Positions 10,395-21,937 are shown, counted from the stretch's first letter. The stretch: 64,000 nucleotides of DNA from Syntrophobacterales bacterium (GCA_019429105.1 JAHYJE010000005.1:1175-65174), one strand, 5' to 3'. A program made the numbers and translations. The notes: generated by a model not told the origin, from the sequence alone.

Positions 10395-12806
10395 CTATCT
10401 TATCAACGCCCCTGACGCATTAATTACTCTTTCCACAACCCTTGAATGAACGGCATTTACTTCGTCATCCGTCAATGTTCTATCCGCGCTTCGATATAAA
10501 AACCTCAATCCCAGACTCTTGGTGCGCTCTGGAACATTTTTGCCCTCATATACATCAAATATCTCAATTTTTTCAAGCAATTCTTCGTTTGTTTTTTGCG
10601 CGGCCGCAAGCAGCTCGCCGGACTCTATTTCGCGGCGCGTAAGAAAGGCTACATCGCGCGAACTTGCCGGGAATCTGGGTATGTCGGCAAAGGCCCTTTT
10701 TGCGGCAGCGTGCGCAATCATCATTTCCAGATCAAACTCGCAAGCCACGATCGGACCGGCAACGCCGAAACAAGAAAGCACATCCGGATGAATCTCCCCC
10801 AAATATCCGATTCTCGCCTCCTCGCTGAAGACCTCGCAGGATTTGCCGGGGTGAAGAAACGGCTCGCCGCAAGCGGCGCGATAAGAAGGGCTCGCAACCT
10901 TCAATACCTCCAATATGTTCTCCAAGCACCCCTTTAAATCATAAAAATCCGCCTTCAAATCCGGGAAATGCCATCGCTGCTCGTATCTTTGTCCGGTTAC
11001 CAAAAAAGCCGCCTTGTTAAACTCCCGGGGCTGTTTCCCTTCCTGAGAGCCTATGTATGTCCTGCCGATTTCAAAAATCTTCAGGTCGGAGCGGCCCGAA
11101 TCACTGTTTTTCGATACATTTTTAAGCAGGCTGTAAAGCATCGTGGTCCGCATGGCGGACTGCTCTTCGGTAAGCGGATTTTTAATGCGCACCTGGCGCC
11201 TCCGCTCATCGGTCGAAGTCAGCAGGAGATCGTCCGCTGAGGAGGGCGGGATGAAACTGTAGTTTATCACCTCCGTATAGCCGGCCCCGTTCATAATCTG
11301 GCGGATTGCCGCCTCCGCCCTTCTTTTCTTGCTACCCGGCTCCTCGGCAACTACCGAAACAAGCGGCAAGGTAGCGGGAATTCGGTCATAGCCAAAAAGG
11401 CGGGCGATTTCCTCTATTAAATCTATATCCCGCGTAATATCAACGCGGCAGGACGGAGGGGTAACAAGGAAAACATCTTCTTCAGCTTCCCTGACGGTCA
11501 TCTCCAAACCCTCAAGGATTGCTTTAACTTCATTGAAAGATACAGCCGTACCGATGACCTTGTTGACTTTTTTCAAATCAAGAACGATATCCCGGGCAAC
11601 AGCGACATTTACGGGATGCTGATCGATGATCCCCCGACAGATATTTCCTCCCGCCAATTCGGCCATCAGCCCCGCAGCCCTGTCCAGAGCCCGGACAGAG
11701 CCCTCCGGATCGATCCCGCGTTCAAAGCGAAAGGCCGCATCGGTACCCATTGCCATTGAGCGGGCAGTGCGCCGGATGGAGGAGGGGTTGAAATAGGCGC
11801 TTTCCAGCAGGATGGTCGTTGTGTCATCCATAACCTCTGAATTGATTCCACCCATCACCCCGGCGATGGCAACCGGTTTTTCTGCGTCACAGATGAGTAG
11901 GGCCTCCGCCGGCAGAAGTCGCTCCTTGCCGTCGAGGGAAACAAATTTTTCCCCAGCCCGGGAACGCCTTACGACTATTTTCCCACCAGCAAGAAGCGTA
12001 AAATCAAAAGCGTGGAGGGGCTGCCCGGTTTCCATCATCACGAAATTGGTTATATCTACAATATTATTGATGGAACGCAGTCCCACCGCCTCCAATCTCT
12101 TTTTCAGCCAGAACGGCGAGGGGCCTATGCGGACATCCTTGATAACGCGCGCCGTATAACGGGGGCAAAGATCGCCATCCTCAATCGTTACGGAGGTCAT
12201 GTTCGCAATATCGTCATTATTTTCAGCAACACTGCAATCCGGATAATGAACACTTTTCCCTGTGATTGCCGCTACTTCGCGGGCAACCCCGATAATCGAA
12301 AGACAGTCTGATCTATTGGGGGTGACGCCGATATCAAGCACCGCGTCATTAAGGTCCAGGGACTCCGCCAAGTCTCCACCACAGGCAAGTTCCGAAGAAA
12401 GCAGCATGATTCCCGACGCATCCGCACCGATTTGCAATTCCTCCTCGGAACAGAGCATCCCCTCGGAAACCTCGCCGCGGATTTTGGCGCTGCGGATCAC
12501 CTGCCCCCCGGGCAGAACCGCCCCGACAATTGCCAGCGGAACTGTATCGCCAACCTTTATGTTCTTCGCCCCGCAGACAACCGGATAACTTACAGTCCCG
12601 GTAGAAACCTCGCACAGGGACAAATTATCGGCATGCGGATGGGGCGTCATCCGCACGATTCTTGCCACCTTAACCCCGCTGAAAGCGGGCTCTTTGATAT
12701 TAAGGGAGTCCACTTCCAGACCGGACATGGTAAGCTTATCCGCCAGCTCTTGCGGAGAAAGATCCACATACAGATAATCGCGAAGCCATTTGAGACTGAC
12801 TAACAT
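10395..12806 (-). CDS. pheT: phenylalanine--tRNA ligase beta subunit
   Basis: The product is 803 aa, starts MLVSLKWLRDY, and has tRNA-binding, B3/4, B5 and FDX-ACB regions recognisable by eye. Confidence 0.95.
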   Translation of the reverse strand: MLVSLKWLRDYLYVDLSPQELADKLTMSGLEVDSLNIKEPAFSGVKVARIVRMTPHPHADNLSLCEVSTGTVSYPVVCGAKNIKVGDTVPLAIVGAVLPGGQVIRSAKIRGEVSEGMLCSEEELQIGADASGIMLLSSELACGGDLAESLDLNDAVLDIGVTPNRSDCLSIIGVAREVAAITGKSVHYPDCSVAENNDDIANMTSVTIEDGDLCPRYTARVIKDVRIGPSPFWLKKRLEAVGLRSINNIVDITNFVMMETGQPLHAFDFTLLAGGKIVVRRSRAGEKFVSLDGKERLLPAEALLICDAEKPVAIAGVMGGINSEVMDDTTTILLESAYFNPSSIRRTARSMAMGTDAAFRFERGIDPEGSVRALDRAAGLMAELAGGNICRGIIDQHPVNVAVARDIVLDLKKVNKVIGTAVSFNEVKAILEGLEMTVREAEEDVFLVTPPSCRVDITRDIDLIEEIARLFGYDRIPATLPLVSVVAEEPGSKKRRAEAAIRQIMNGAGYTEVINYSFIPPSSADDLLLTSTDERRRQVRIKNPLTEEQSAMRTTMLYSLLKNVSKNSDSGRSDLKIFEIGRTYIGSQEGKQPREFNKAAFLVTGQRYEQRWHFPDLKADFYDLKGCLENILEVLKVASPSYRAACGEPFLHPGKSCEVFSEEARIGYLGEIHPDVLSCFGVAGPIVACEFDLEMMIAHAAAKRAFADIPRFPASSRDVAFLTRREIESGELLAAAQKTNEELLEKIEIFDVYEGKNVPERTKSLGLRFLYRSADRTLTDDEVNAVHSRVVERVINASGALIR

Positions 12807-12959
12807 ATAAAAAACCCCTGACTGCCGAATCCCGAATCTTGCTTATCCAGCGCAAAACCATTGAATGTCAAGGCCCGGCGCCGACGGAATCGATGATGAA
12901 AATAAAGTAGTCCAGTGTCGCCGTTGACGCACCTTAAGCTTGACGCCTGAACATAAAGC

Positions 12960-13976
12960 TCAAAACTGGGTTAGAAATCTCCAGTCATTTTCGAAAAAAA
13001 GACGGATATCAGAGATGCCGAATTTCAGCATCGCAATCCGTTCGAGCCCGAGGCCAAAGGCAAAGCCGGTGAATTTTTCAGAATCGTATCCGACATTTTT
13101 AAACACTGCCGGGTCAACCATGCCGGACCCCAGAATCTCCAGCCAGCCGCTCTGTTTGCAGACCCGGCAACCGCTTCCCCCGCAGATGACGCACCGGATG
13201 TCAACCTCGGCGCTGGGCTCGGTAAAGGGAAAGAAACTGGGACGAAACCTCAGGGCTGTTTCCTCGCCAAACACCTGCTTCAGAAAAACCGTCAAGACGC
13301 CCTTCAGATCGCCAAAGGTAATGCCTTCATCGACAAGCAACCCCTCTATCTGGTGGAACATCGGAGTATGGGAAACATCGGAATCGCGCCTATACACCCG
13401 GCCCGGAGAAATAATTCGGACCGGCGGGCGGCATTTTTCCATTGTGCGAACCTGAACCGGCGAGGTGTGCGTTCGCAAGACTATGTTGTCGTCAACATAA
13501 AAAGTGTCCTGCATGTCGCGGGCCGGATGGTCCTTGGGAATGTTGAGCGCCTCAAAATTGTAATAATCGAGCTCGACCTCTGGTCCTTCCACAATGGAAA
13601 AACCCAGTCCGGCAAAAATCCCGCATATCTCTTCCTGAACCTGCGTGACCGGATGGAGACTGCCATACCGCACTCCCCGACCCGGCAGGGTCACATCAAT
13701 CCGTTCGGAGCGCAGGGCCTTTTCTTTGCCGGCAACAATTATATCTGCAAGCCTCTGGTCGATCCTCGCCGAAATCAAATCCTTGACTTCGTTACACTCC
13801 TTGCCGAACAAGGCTCTGTCTTGCGGCAGCACATTGGCGATATTGCGCAGCAACCCGGTGAGCAAGCCCTTCCGCCCAAGATAACGGGTTCGAATCTCCT
13901 GAAACTCGGATTCCGTTTCCGCCTTCAGCAGCTCTGCTTCCGCCTGTTCGCGGAGAGTTCCCAGCTCTCCCGTCAT
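12960..13976 (-). CDS. pheS: phenylalanine--tRNA ligase alpha subunit
   Basis: It has the class II aaRS motifs [12 protein letters not shown] and GSGMVDP...[13 protein letters not shown]. Its start overlaps the rplT stop as ATGA. Confidence 0.95.
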   Translation of the reverse strand: MTGELGTLREQAEAELLKAETESEFQEIRTRYLGRKGLLTGLLRNIANVLPQDRALFGKECNEVKDLISARIDQRLADIIVAGKEKALRSERIDVTLPGRGVRYGSLHPVTQVQEEICGIFAGLGFSIVEGPEVELDYYNFEALNIPKDHPARDMQDTFYVDDNIVLRTHTSPVQVRTMEKCRPPVRIISPGRVYRRDSDVSHTPMFHQIEGLLVDEGITFGDLKGVLTVFLKQVFGEETALRFRPSFFPFTEPSAEVDIRCVICGGSGCRVCKQSGWLEILGSGMVDPAVFKNVGYDSEKFTGFAFGLGLERIAMLKFGISDIRLFFENDWRFLTQF

Positions 13977-14332
13977 GCTTGAAGCTCACCTTTGGCAATT
14001 ACTACTATCTGCTCAAAACCGCGCGGGTCGTAAATCGCCAGGTCGGACAGCATCTTGCGGTCAATCTCGATACTCGCCTTGTGCATGCCATCAATAAGGC
14101 GGCTGTACGATATCTTGTTCATCCGGGCCGCCGCATTGATCCTTGCAATCCAAAGGCTTCTAAATTCCCGCTTTCTAACCCTGCGGTCGCGGTAGGCATA
14201 AGCCATGGCTTTGTTTACCGCCTCCGTGGCCGTCCTCAACAACTTACCACGGGAAAGTAAAAAACCCTTCGCCGCCTTCAGAATGCTTCTTCTCTTTTTT
14301 TTGGCCGTTAAACTTCTCTTTACCCTGGACAT
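13973..14332 (-). CDS. rplT: 50S ribosomal protein L20
   Basis: The product starts [15 protein letters not shown] and contains [23 protein letters not shown]. The start is set at the internal ATG at 14332. Confidence 0.95.
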   Translation of the reverse strand: MSRVKRSLTAKKKRRSILKAAKGFLLSRGKLLRTATEAVNKAMAYAYRDRRVRKREFRSLWIARINAAARMNKISYSRLIDGMHKASIEIDRKMLSDLAIYDPRGFEQIVVIAKGELQA

Positions 14333-14409
14333 CGCATCTCTCCTTATCTCCCCAGTCAGAGGCAGACGGCAAATCAAACCCCTGCGCCTTTGACCATTAA
14401 ATTTACATC

Positions 14410-14607
14410 CTACTTGTAGAGAATCAGCTTCTTGATTGCCTTGGCATTTGCATGGTCAAGAATCGCCGATTGCCGTAAATTTCTCTTATTCTTGGTTGTC
14501 TTTGTCGTCATGATATGGCTGGTAAAGGCCTTGTTTCTTTTAATTTTACCGGTTCCGGTCACAGAAAACCTTTTCGCCGCGCCACGATGTGTCTTGATTT
14601 TTGGCAT
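14410..14607 (-). CDS. rpmI: 50S ribosomal protein L35
   Basis: The product [14 protein letters not shown] is typical L35 and is 65 aa long. Confidence 0.95.
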   Translation of the reverse strand: MPKIKTHRGAAKRFSVTGTGKIKRNKAFTSHIMTTKTTKNKRNLRQSAILDHANAKAIKKLILYK

Positions 14608-14685
14608 TCCCTCACCCCGCTTTTTTATTGGGCAACGGGCCGAATTTTACGGCCCGTCGCTTTTGTTTTTATTTAGATGATCACT

Positions 14686-15195
14686 TTATTTCCTGGGAGA
14701 AAGAATCATCACCATGTTTCTCCCCTCTAATTTTGGCTGCTGATCGATGACACAGTCATCGGCAAGCGCTTCCTTTATTGACTCCATCAATCCCCGGCCA
14801 ATGTCGGTATAGGCTATCTCGCGCCCCCGGAACATCACCGTCACCTTCACCTTGTCGTGCTCTTCCAGAAATCGCTTTATATGCTTTATTTTTACATCGC
14901 GGTCATGCTCTTCAGTTTTAGGCCGCAGGCGAATCTCTTTTACCTGGATCACCGTCTGGCTTTTTTTGGCGACCTGCACCTTTTTGCTCTGCTGATACCG
15001 GAACTTCCCATAATCCATAATCCGGCATACCGGCGGATCGGCGGTGGGAGAAACTTCCACCAGATCCAGTCCCGATTTTGCAGCCTCTGCCAGCGCCTCG
15101 TTCAGCAAGAGCACCCCGAGCTGCTTTCCCCCATCATCAATAACCCTGACCGAAGCGGCCTTGATCTCCCTGTTTATGCTTAAATCTTTTGCTAT
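14686..15195 (-). CDS. infC: translation initiation factor IF-3, with a non-canonical ATA start
   Basis: The conserved N-terminal segment SINREIKAASVRVIDDGGKQLGV lies upstream of the first GTG (15114) and is open back to an in-frame TGA at 15201-15199. GGAGGTG-AACC-ATA marks the start at 15195. Confidence 0.85.
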   Translation of the reverse strand: MAKDLSINREIKAASVRVIDDGGKQLGVLLLNEALAEAAKSGLDLVEVSPTADPPVCRIMDYGKFRYQQSKKVQVAKKSQTVIQVKEIRLRPKTEEHDRDVKIKHIKRFLEEHDKVKVTVMFRGREIAYTDIGRGLMESIKEALADDCVIDQQPKLEGRNMVMILSPRK

Positions 15196-15238
15196 GGTTC
15201 ACCTCCGGAAGCTCATTCGGAAAATTAAGCTCCGCTTT

Positions 15239-17158
15239 CTATTTAAACTGCGAACATTGCCCCTCTACAAGGGCAATAAACTCCTCAGGCGTCATTGCCT
15301 CGAGGCTCTTCCCGTCCCTCTGCCGCGGGGCAACCTTGCCGGCTGCCATCTCCCGGTCGCCAATCACCAGCATGAAAGGCGTTTTCTGCATCTGGGCTTC
15401 CCGGATCTTGAAGCCCAGCTTCTCATTGCGAAAATCACCTTCCACCCGAATGCCTGCATCAGCAAGAATTCTTTTTACCTCTTCACCCCAGGGAATATGT
15501 TTATCCGTTACAGTCGCGATCACTGCCTGGACAGGGGACAGCCAAAGGGGAAAGGCGCCGGCGTAGTGTTCGATCAAAACCCCCATAAACCTTTCGATTG
15601 CACCCAGAATAACCCTGTGCAGCATGACGGGACGGTGCTTTTCCCCATCCTCGCCTATATAACTTAAATCAAAACGCTCCGGCAGCGTAAAATCACACTG
15701 AATTGTCGCACACTGCCACTTTCTCTTCAGGGCATCCTTGATCTTGAAATCGATCTTGGGGCCATAGAAGGCGCCGTCTCCCTCGTTCACCTCATAGGGA
15801 ATTCCGCTGTCCTTGAGGGCGTTTTCCAATGCCCCCGTGGCAAGCTCCCAGTCCCCGTCCGAGCCAATCGAATTATCCGGGCGCGTGCTTAGCTCCACCT
15901 CATATTCAAAGCCGAAAATTTCCATCGCGTAATGCACGAACTCGGCAATTGCCTTGATCTCGCAATTGAGCTGCTCCGGCGCACAGAGGATATGGGCATC
16001 ATCCTGGGTGAACTGGCGAACCCGCATCAGCCCGTGCAATACCCCGGTCTTTTCGTGCCGGTGCACCGTCCCCAGCTCAAAATAGCGCAAGGGCAAATCC
16101 CGGTAGGAACGGATCTTTGACTTGTAGATCAGCATGTGGGCAAGGCAGTTCATCGGCTTGATGCCGTAGGTCTGCTCGTCCACCTCGGTGAAGTACATAT
16201 TTTCCCGGTAGTGGTCAAAATGACCGGAACGCTTCCAGAGATCGGCCTTGAGAATCTGGGGTCCCATGACCAGGCCATAGCCGCGTTTCAGGTGCTCCTT
16301 TTTCTCCCAATCCTCGATGATCGTGCGGAGCATCGTCCCCTTCGGGTGAAAAATGACCAGTCCGGGGCCAGCCTCGTCGTTTATCTGAAACAGGTCAAGC
16401 TCACGGCCCAGGCGGCGGTGATCCCTCTTTTTTGCCTCTTCTATCAACTGCAGGTGCTCATCGAGACTCTTCTGAGAAGCGAATCCCGTCCCGTAGATGC
16501 GCTGCAGCATCTTGTTGTGTTCGTCGCCCCGCCAGTAGGCGCCGGCAATGTTGAGCAGCTTGAAGGCCTTGATCATCCCGGTCGAAGGGATATGCGGCCC
16601 CCTGCACAAATCCGTATAACCACCCTGGGAATAAATGCTTACGGTTTCTATCTCCCGGGGAAGATCTTCTATAATCTCCACCTTATACTTCTCGCCTTTT
16701 CCCCGGAAAATTTCGATTGCCTCCGAACGGCTCACCTCGCGCCGTTCAAAGGGCAAATTGGCGGCGGCGATCTTCCTCATTCTGGTTTCGATTTGCGCCA
16801 GATACTCAGGAGCGAACCCGGGCTCATAGTCAAAATCATAATAGAATCCATCTTCTATAGCCGGGCCAATCGTAACCTGGGCATCAGGGAAAGACTCCTG
16901 AACGGCCTGCGCCATGACATGCGCCATGCTGTGACGCAGAATCATAAGCCCCTCCGGGGACGAGGCCTCCAGCGGCTCGACTCTGGCATCCGTCTGAAGC
17001 TGACAAGTCAAATCGACCGAAACGCCGTTTACCTTTGCCGCCACAAAAGCGGAGTCGCCAATGCCTGCCATCAATGACAGGACGTCCCTGACTGCCGTTC
17101 CCGCCGGATGCGAAACAACTCTTCCATCCGGGAGCGTAACCATTATGTCTGCCGCCAT
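15239..17158 (-). CDS. thrS: threonine--tRNA ligase
   Basis: The product is 639 aa with a TGS domain N-terminus, editing-domain [11 protein letters not shown], and the class II core [24 protein letters not shown]. Confidence 0.95.
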   Translation of the reverse strand: MAADIMVTLPDGRVVSHPAGTAVRDVLSLMAGIGDSAFVAAKVNGVSVDLTCQLQTDARVEPLEASSPEGLMILRHSMAHVMAQAVQESFPDAQVTIGPAIEDGFYYDFDYEPGFAPEYLAQIETRMRKIAAANLPFERREVSRSEAIEIFRGKGEKYKVEIIEDLPREIETVSIYSQGGYTDLCRGPHIPSTGMIKAFKLLNIAGAYWRGDEHNKMLQRIYGTGFASQKSLDEHLQLIEEAKKRDHRRLGRELDLFQINDEAGPGLVIFHPKGTMLRTIIEDWEKKEHLKRGYGLVMGPQILKADLWKRSGHFDHYRENMYFTEVDEQTYGIKPMNCLAHMLIYKSKIRSYRDLPLRYFELGTVHRHEKTGVLHGLMRVRQFTQDDAHILCAPEQLNCEIKAIAEFVHYAMEIFGFEYEVELSTRPDNSIGSDGDWELATGALENALKDSGIPYEVNEGDGAFYGPKIDFKIKDALKRKWQCATIQCDFTLPERFDLSYIGEDGEKHRPVMLHRVILGAIERFMGVLIEHYAGAFPLWLSPVQAVIATVTDKHIPWGEEVKRILADAGIRVEGDFRNEKLGFKIREAQMQKTPFMLVIGDREMAAGKVAPRQRDGKSLEAMTPEEFIALVEGQCSQFK

Positions 17159-17297
17159 CTTCTTTTCCTATTAAGAAAGGGCACCAGCGCCTTGGCAATG
17201 ATGCCCCGAAAAAGCAGCCCCACTTACTTAAAAAGACCCTGCTGCTCTGTCGCTATAACAAAAAACAGCCCCCCTGCGAAGGCATGGCTTTTTTATA

Positions 17298-17372
17298 TGG
17301 TAGGCACGCAGGGATTTGAACCCTGGACATCCACCGCGTCAGGATGGCGCTCTCCCCCTGAGCTACGTGCCT
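17298..17372 (-). tRNA. tRNA-Val (anticodon GAC)
   Basis: I folded the cloverleaf by hand: acceptor AGGCACG/CGTGCCT, D arm GCTC/GAGC, anticodon stem CCATC/GGTGG with loop CTGACGC, T arm CAGGG-TTCAAAT-CCCTG, and an encoded CCA. Confidence 0.9.
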
Positions 17373-17439
17373 GTAGCATACGTTCCTTGCGGAAGGGTTC
17401 GTCGTCTAACAAGAAAAGAGCCTGTTGTCAAGGCAAATG

Positions 17440-17985
17440 TCACTTTTTTGCATCATTGTTAAGAAGATTGAAGCCCCGAAACATATAATGCAATCCTGAA
17501 ACTATTGTAAAAATTGCCGTCCCCCAATACAGGATAATGAGCCACCCCTGATCGATCCCTTCCGGCAGGCAGCGAATAAAAAGCGCCAGAAAAATAGTGC
17601 TCACCTGCAAGACTGTCGTTATCTTGCTTACCAGGGCAGGGTGAATTTCCACGGAAACAGACATGATGAATAATACGCAAATCCCCAGCAGAATCATAAA
17701 ATCGCGACTTATTACGATGACCGCAAGCCAGGCGGGAATAACATGCAAAATGGAAAGGGTTACGAATGTGCTGGTCAGAAGCGCCTTGTCCGCGATCGGA
17801 TCCAGATATGCGCCGACAACGGTCTGCTGATGCATGACCCGCGCCAGAAAGCCATCAACCGCATCGGAAATGCTCGCGATGACGAATACCGCCAGGGCCT
17901 TCATGAATGACCCCTGGATCAACAGGATAACAACAACCGGCACGAGAATTATTCGCAGCAGAGTAATAAAATTAGGGATATTCAT
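17440..17985 (-). CDS. pgsA: CDP-diacylglycerol--glycerol-3-phosphate 3-phosphatidyltransferase
   Basis: It has the CDP-alcohol phosphatidyltransferase motif DAVDGFLAR...GAYLDPIADK and multiple transmembrane segments. Confidence 0.9.
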   Translation of the reverse strand: MNIPNFITLLRIILVPVVVILLIQGSFMKALAVFVIASISDAVDGFLARVMHQQTVVGAYLDPIADKALLTSTFVTLSILHVIPAWLAVIVISRDFMILLGICVLFIMSVSVEIHPALVSKITTVLQVSTIFLALFIRCLPEGIDQGWLIILYWGTAIFTIVSGLHYMFRGFNLLNNDAKK

Positions 17986-17996
17986 GTTCCAACCAG

Positions 17997-18332
17997 TCAG
18001 GATTCTTTTTTCAGTTTCTCTATCTCCGCGCGGATAACGCGCTCGGCGATATCAGGTATCACCTCCCTGGCAATTCTTTCGGCAATGTCAACGGCCCGCT
18101 TCATAATCTCGTCGTGGAGCCCCGCATCTACAAACGCCATTTTCGGCCTTTTTTCAACTACATCCACAAGATCGTAAATTATTTCCGGATTGGCCTTTCT
18201 TCTGTCGGCACCCCCGGAAAGAGATTCCGCCGCCGCAATTGCATCGACAAGATCATAAATTTTATCATCCGGTTTAAGCAAGCGCCCCTGGCTAATAACT
18301 GCCCCTTCATCAACACCGGTCAAACCTTCCAT
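17997..18332 (-). CDS. hypothetical acidic protein with a duplicated IYDLVD motif
   Basis: The ORF is tightly packed between rsmI and pgsA, with an 11-nt gap to pgsA. It has an internal repeat (DKIYDLVDAI / EIIYDLVDVV) and a helical C-terminus. I recognise no family. Confidence 0.45.
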   Translation of the reverse strand: MEGLTGVDEGAVISQGRLLKPDDKIYDLVDAIAAAESLSGGADRRKANPEIIYDLVDVVEKRPKMAFVDAGLHDEIMKRAVDIAERIAREVIPDIAERVIRAEIEKLKKES

Positions 18333-18468
18333 CACGCCATCCCCTCCGCAAAGCGGCAATATTATCGCCTGTCACGAAAAAATCCCCCAATCCTGTCAAG
18401 GCTGAATCATTGTAGCAGTTATCACACCCGACTTGCCAGTTCAAGAAAATAGTATCCGGAAGGGCATG

Positions 18469-19413
18469 CTAAACTGACAATAACTTGTAGATGCGCCTGC
18501 GGGATTCGCCTGTCTCCCGGGCAATTCGGCTTACCGCATCCCTTCTCGACAGCGATTCCTCTCCACTTCCAATCAACTCTTCGCCCCGCATTTTTATTTC
18601 CTCATCCGAAACTTCACCCTTTTTTCTTAAAAAACCGGCAACAACTAATGTGAGCTCGCCTTTGACTGCCCTTCCCTGGAAAGCGGCAAGCGCCTCCGTC
18701 GCCGAACCACGCACAAACTCTTCATGGATTTTCGTCACCTCCCGGGAAACCACCATATTGCGGTCTCCCCAGATCTCCCTTATGTCGTTCAGGGACTCCC
18801 TCAGCCTGTTGGGCGATTCGTAAAATATTACAGTTTTTTCCTCTTCGCGCAGTTTTGTCAGCAACTGTCGGCGCCTTGACGCCTTTGACGGCAAAAAACC
18901 CATGAATACAAAACTTTCCATTGGCAAGCCGGAAACGCAAAGCGAGGCAATCAGAGCCGAAGCCCCCGGAATCGGCGACACTTTAATGCCCCGCAAGACG
19001 GCTTCTCGTACCAGAATGTACCCGGGATCGGAGATGCCCGGCGTGCCCGCATCCGATACATAGGCTACGTCTTTGCCCCCCAGCATCCTTGCTATAATCA
19101 ACCCGCTTTTTTCTCTTTCAATCTGGTCGTACAGACTCGTAAGCGGGGTCGAAATGTTGTACCTTTCCAGAAGTATCCGGGTGTGTCTCGTATCCTCCGC
19201 CGCGATAAGGGACACCTCCCGCAGAACCCTCACCGCCCGGAAGGTAATATCCTCGAGGTTGCCGATGGGGGTTGCCACCAGGTAAAGAGTCCCAAAGTAA
19301 TCGCGGTCGGCATTCTGCGCCGGGGCGAACATTTCCGCGGAAATCGCAGGTTTTTCCGCTGCCGCCTTTTTATCCGCAAACTGCTTGCTTTGTTTATTGA
19401 TATTTTTTTTCAT
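18469..19413 (-). CDS. rsmI: 16S rRNA (cytidine1402-2'-O)-methyltransferase RsmI
   Basis: It has the [24 protein letters not shown]...AAEDTRHT tetrapyrrole-methylase-type fold motifs. It carries a Lys/Ala-rich N-terminal extension, so the start is uncertain. Confidence 0.85.
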   Translation of the reverse strand: MKKNINKQSKQFADKKAAAEKPAISAEMFAPAQNADRDYFGTLYLVATPIGNLEDITFRAVRVLREVSLIAAEDTRHTRILLERYNISTPLTSLYDQIEREKSGLIIARMLGGKDVAYVSDAGTPGISDPGYILVREAVLRGIKVSPIPGASALIASLCVSGLPMESFVFMGFLPSKASRRRQLLTKLREEEKTVIFYESPNRLRESLNDIREIWGDRNMVVSREVTKIHEEFVRGSATEALAAFQGRAVKGELTLVVAGFLRKKGEVSDEEIKMRGEELIGSGEESLSRRDAVSRIARETGESRRRIYKLLSV

Positions 19414-19582
19414 GATTTGCCTTTTTCCCGGGATACCGCCATTGGGAGCGCCGGAGGCACTGTCTGCGAATTTTCACGAACCCCGGCACTTGTGCTTGCT
19501 GCTTTTATATGATATCGGCACGAACCATCAACCTGTTTTTTTGAAAATTTGCATTAAAAGACTAACCAGAGGTACAGAAACG

Positions 19583-20521
19583 ATGAACAGAATACTCATT
19601 ACCGGCGGCGCAGGCTTCATAGGATCTCATCTCTGCGAACGCCTGCTCGCCGAAGGTCAGGAGGTTCTTTGCCTCGACAATTTTTTCACCGGCAGCAAGG
19701 ATAATATCATTCCCTTTTTAAACAATAAAAATTTCGAACTGATCCGCCACGACATCATCAATCCCATCTACCTCGAAGTCGATCAGATCTATAACCTCGC
19801 CTGCCCGGCCTCCCCCGTCCATTACCAGTATAATCCGATCAAAACGATCAAAACCAGCGTGATGGGGGCCATCAACACCCTGGGGCTGGCCAAGCGGGTG
19901 AAGGCGAGAATCCTGCAGGCCTCAACCTCAGAGGTGTACGGAGACCCGGAGATGCATCCCCAAGAGGAGGGATACTGGGGCCGAGTCAATCCGATCGGAA
20001 TCAGAAGCTGCTACGATGAGGGGAAACGGGCGGCCGAATGCCTGATGATGGATTATCATCGCCAGAATCATCTTGATATAAAAATAGTCAGAATATTCAA
20101 TACATTCGGCCCTCGCATGGCGGTGAACGACGGACGCGTCGTCAGCAATTTCATCGTTCAGGCGCTGCGGGGGGAGGACATAACGGTTTTCGGCAAAGGC
20201 GCCCAGACCCGTTCCTTCTGTTACGTTGATGACCTGATCTACGGGCTGATCCGGATGATGAATTCCCCGGAAGGATTTACTGGCCCGGTCAACATCGGAA
20301 ATCCTCAGGAATTTACCATTCTGCAGCTCGCCCAAAAAATTATTGATATAACAAATTCCTCCTCGAAAATTGTTTTTCTTCCCCTTCCCCAGGACGATCC
20401 GACCCAGCGGCGGCCGGATATAGCGCTGGCCAGAGAAAAATTGGGGTGGGAACCGCATATCCAGCTTGACGAGGGTTTGAGAAAAACGATCGCCTATTTT
20501 TCCGGCTTGATAAAAAACTAA
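19583..20521 (+). CDS. UDP-glucuronate decarboxylase (UDP-xylose synthase)
   Basis: The product starts [17 protein letters not shown] (Rossmann), has the YDEGKR catalytic motif, and contains DPTQRRPDI, typical of UXS. The upstream 66 codons of the ORF track are rejected. Confidence 0.85.
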   Translation: MNRILITGGAGFIGSHLCERLLAEGQEVLCLDNFFTGSKDNIIPFLNNKNFELIRHDIINPIYLEVDQIYNLACPASPVHYQYNPIKTIKTSVMGAINTLGLAKRVKARILQASTSEVYGDPEMHPQEEGYWGRVNPIGIRSCYDEGKRAAECLMMDYHRQNHLDIKIVRIFNTFGPRMAVNDGRVVSNFIVQALRGEDITVFGKGAQTRSFCYVDDLIYGLIRMMNSPEGFTGPVNIGNPQEFTILQLAQKIIDITNSSSKIVFLPLPQDDPTQRRPDIALAREKLGWEPHIQLDEGLRKTIAYFSGLIKN

Positions 20522-20557
20522 AATGCGCGTAACCGATTTCTATTCAATTTCAAGAGG

Positions 20558-21937
20558 ATGTCAATGACTGAAAGAAGGATTCTCTGTATCGGCGCCGGTT
20601 ATGTCGGCGGCCCCACGATGGCGATGATCGCCGACAAGTGTCCCCACTGCCGGGTTACGGTCGTGGACATTGATTCTGAAAGGATTGCCGCCTGGAATTC
20701 GGCCAGTCTGCCGATCTACGAACCGGGGCTGGATGAACTTGTCCGGAGTTCCCGGGGGAGAAACCTCTTTTTCAGCACCGACATCGAACAAGGCATCCGG
20801 GAAAATGAGATCATCTTCGTTAGCGTCAACACCCCGACCAAGTCCTTTGGCCTCGGCGCGGGGCTTGCCGCCGATCTTCAGTACTGGGAAAAAACCGCCC
20901 GGCAGATTCTGGAGTTCTCGCAATCGGCGAAGATCGTGATCGAAAAAAGCACTTTGCCTGTAAAAACCGCCCTGGCGATGGAAAGAATCCTCAACAGCGG
21001 GAAGCAGGAGATCCATTTTGATGTCCTTTCCAATCCGGAGTTTCTCGCCGAAGGGAGCGCCGTGCGTGACCTGGAAAACCCGGACCGCGTCCTGATCGGG
21101 TCGCGGGAAACCGGGGAGGGGCTCAAGGCAAGGGGAATTCTTGCCGACATTTTCGCCCACTGGGTTCCCCGGGAACGGATATTGACCTCCAATATCTGGA
21201 GCAGCGAGCTCTCCAAACTTGTCGCCAACGCCTTTCTCGCCCAGAGAATATCTTCGATCAACACCATTTCCGCCCTTTGTGAAAAGGCGGAGGCCAATGT
21301 CGCCGAGGTTGCCCGCGCCGTCGGCATGGACAGCCGGATAGGCTCAAAATTCCTGAATGCGAGCATCGGCTTTGGCGGTTCATGCTTCAAAAAAGACATC
21401 CTGAATCTTGTCTATCTCTGCAGAAATTATGGGCTAAATGAGGTAGCCGATTACTGGGAGATGGTCATCCGGATAAACGATTATCAGCAGGAGCGCTTCA
21501 TTCAGGGCATGCTTGGGGCGATGTTCAACACCCTCTCCGGCAAAAAAATCGCCCTCTTCGGCTTCGCCTTCAAGGCCGATACGGGCGACACCCGGGAAAG
21601 CCCGGCCATTTACATCGCCCGCAGACTTATCGAGGAGCGGGCCATAGTCATCGTCACCGACCCCCAGGCGCTGAAAAACGCCCGCAAGGACCTTTCCGGC
21701 GAAGAAGGCAAGGTCAGCTACATAGAAGACCCGTACAGCGCCGCGGCAGGATGCCACGCAATTGCTGTCATGACGGAATGGGGGATGTACAAAGACCTCG
21801 ATTTTCAGCGAATTTACGAAAGCATGGAAAAGCCGGCTTTTATCTTCGATGGCAGAAACATCCTCGAACACCGTTCCTGTTTCGAGATCGGGTTCAATGT
21901 CTATCCGCTCGGCAAGCCGCCCCTGACCCATTTTTAG
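20558..21937 (+). CDS. ugd: UDP-glucose 6-dehydrogenase
   Basis: It has CIGAGYVGGPT near the N-terminus, the GFGGSCFKKD catalytic Cys motif, and FAFKADTGDTRESPA. Confidence 0.9.
   Translation: MSMTERRILCIGAGYVGGPTMAMIADKCPHCRVTVVDIDSERIAAWNSASLPIYEPGLDELVRSSRGRNLFFSTDIEQGIRENEIIFVSVNTPTKSFGLGAGLAADLQYWEKTARQILEFSQSAKIVIEKSTLPVKTALAMERILNSGKQEIHFDVLSNPEFLAEGSAVRDLENPDRVLIGSRETGEGLKARGILADIFAHWVPRERILTSNIWSSELSKLVANAFLAQRISSINTISALCEKAEANVAEVARAVGMDSRIGSKFLNASIGFGGSCFKKDILNLVYLCRNYGLNEVADYWEMVIRINDYQQERFIQGMLGAMFNTLSGKKIALFGFAFKADTGDTRESPAIYIARRLIEERAIVIVTDPQALKNARKDLSGEEGKVSYIEDPYSAAAGCHAIAVMTEWGMYKDLDFQRIYESMEKPAFIFDGRNILEHRSCFEIGFNVYPLGKPPLTHF

Noticed and set aside
19485-19499. A sigma54-like motif, GGCACTTGTGCTTGC, upstream of uxs
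   Set aside because: The GG-to-GC spacing is one nucleotide longer than in the TGGCAC-N5-TTGC consensus, so I do not call it.
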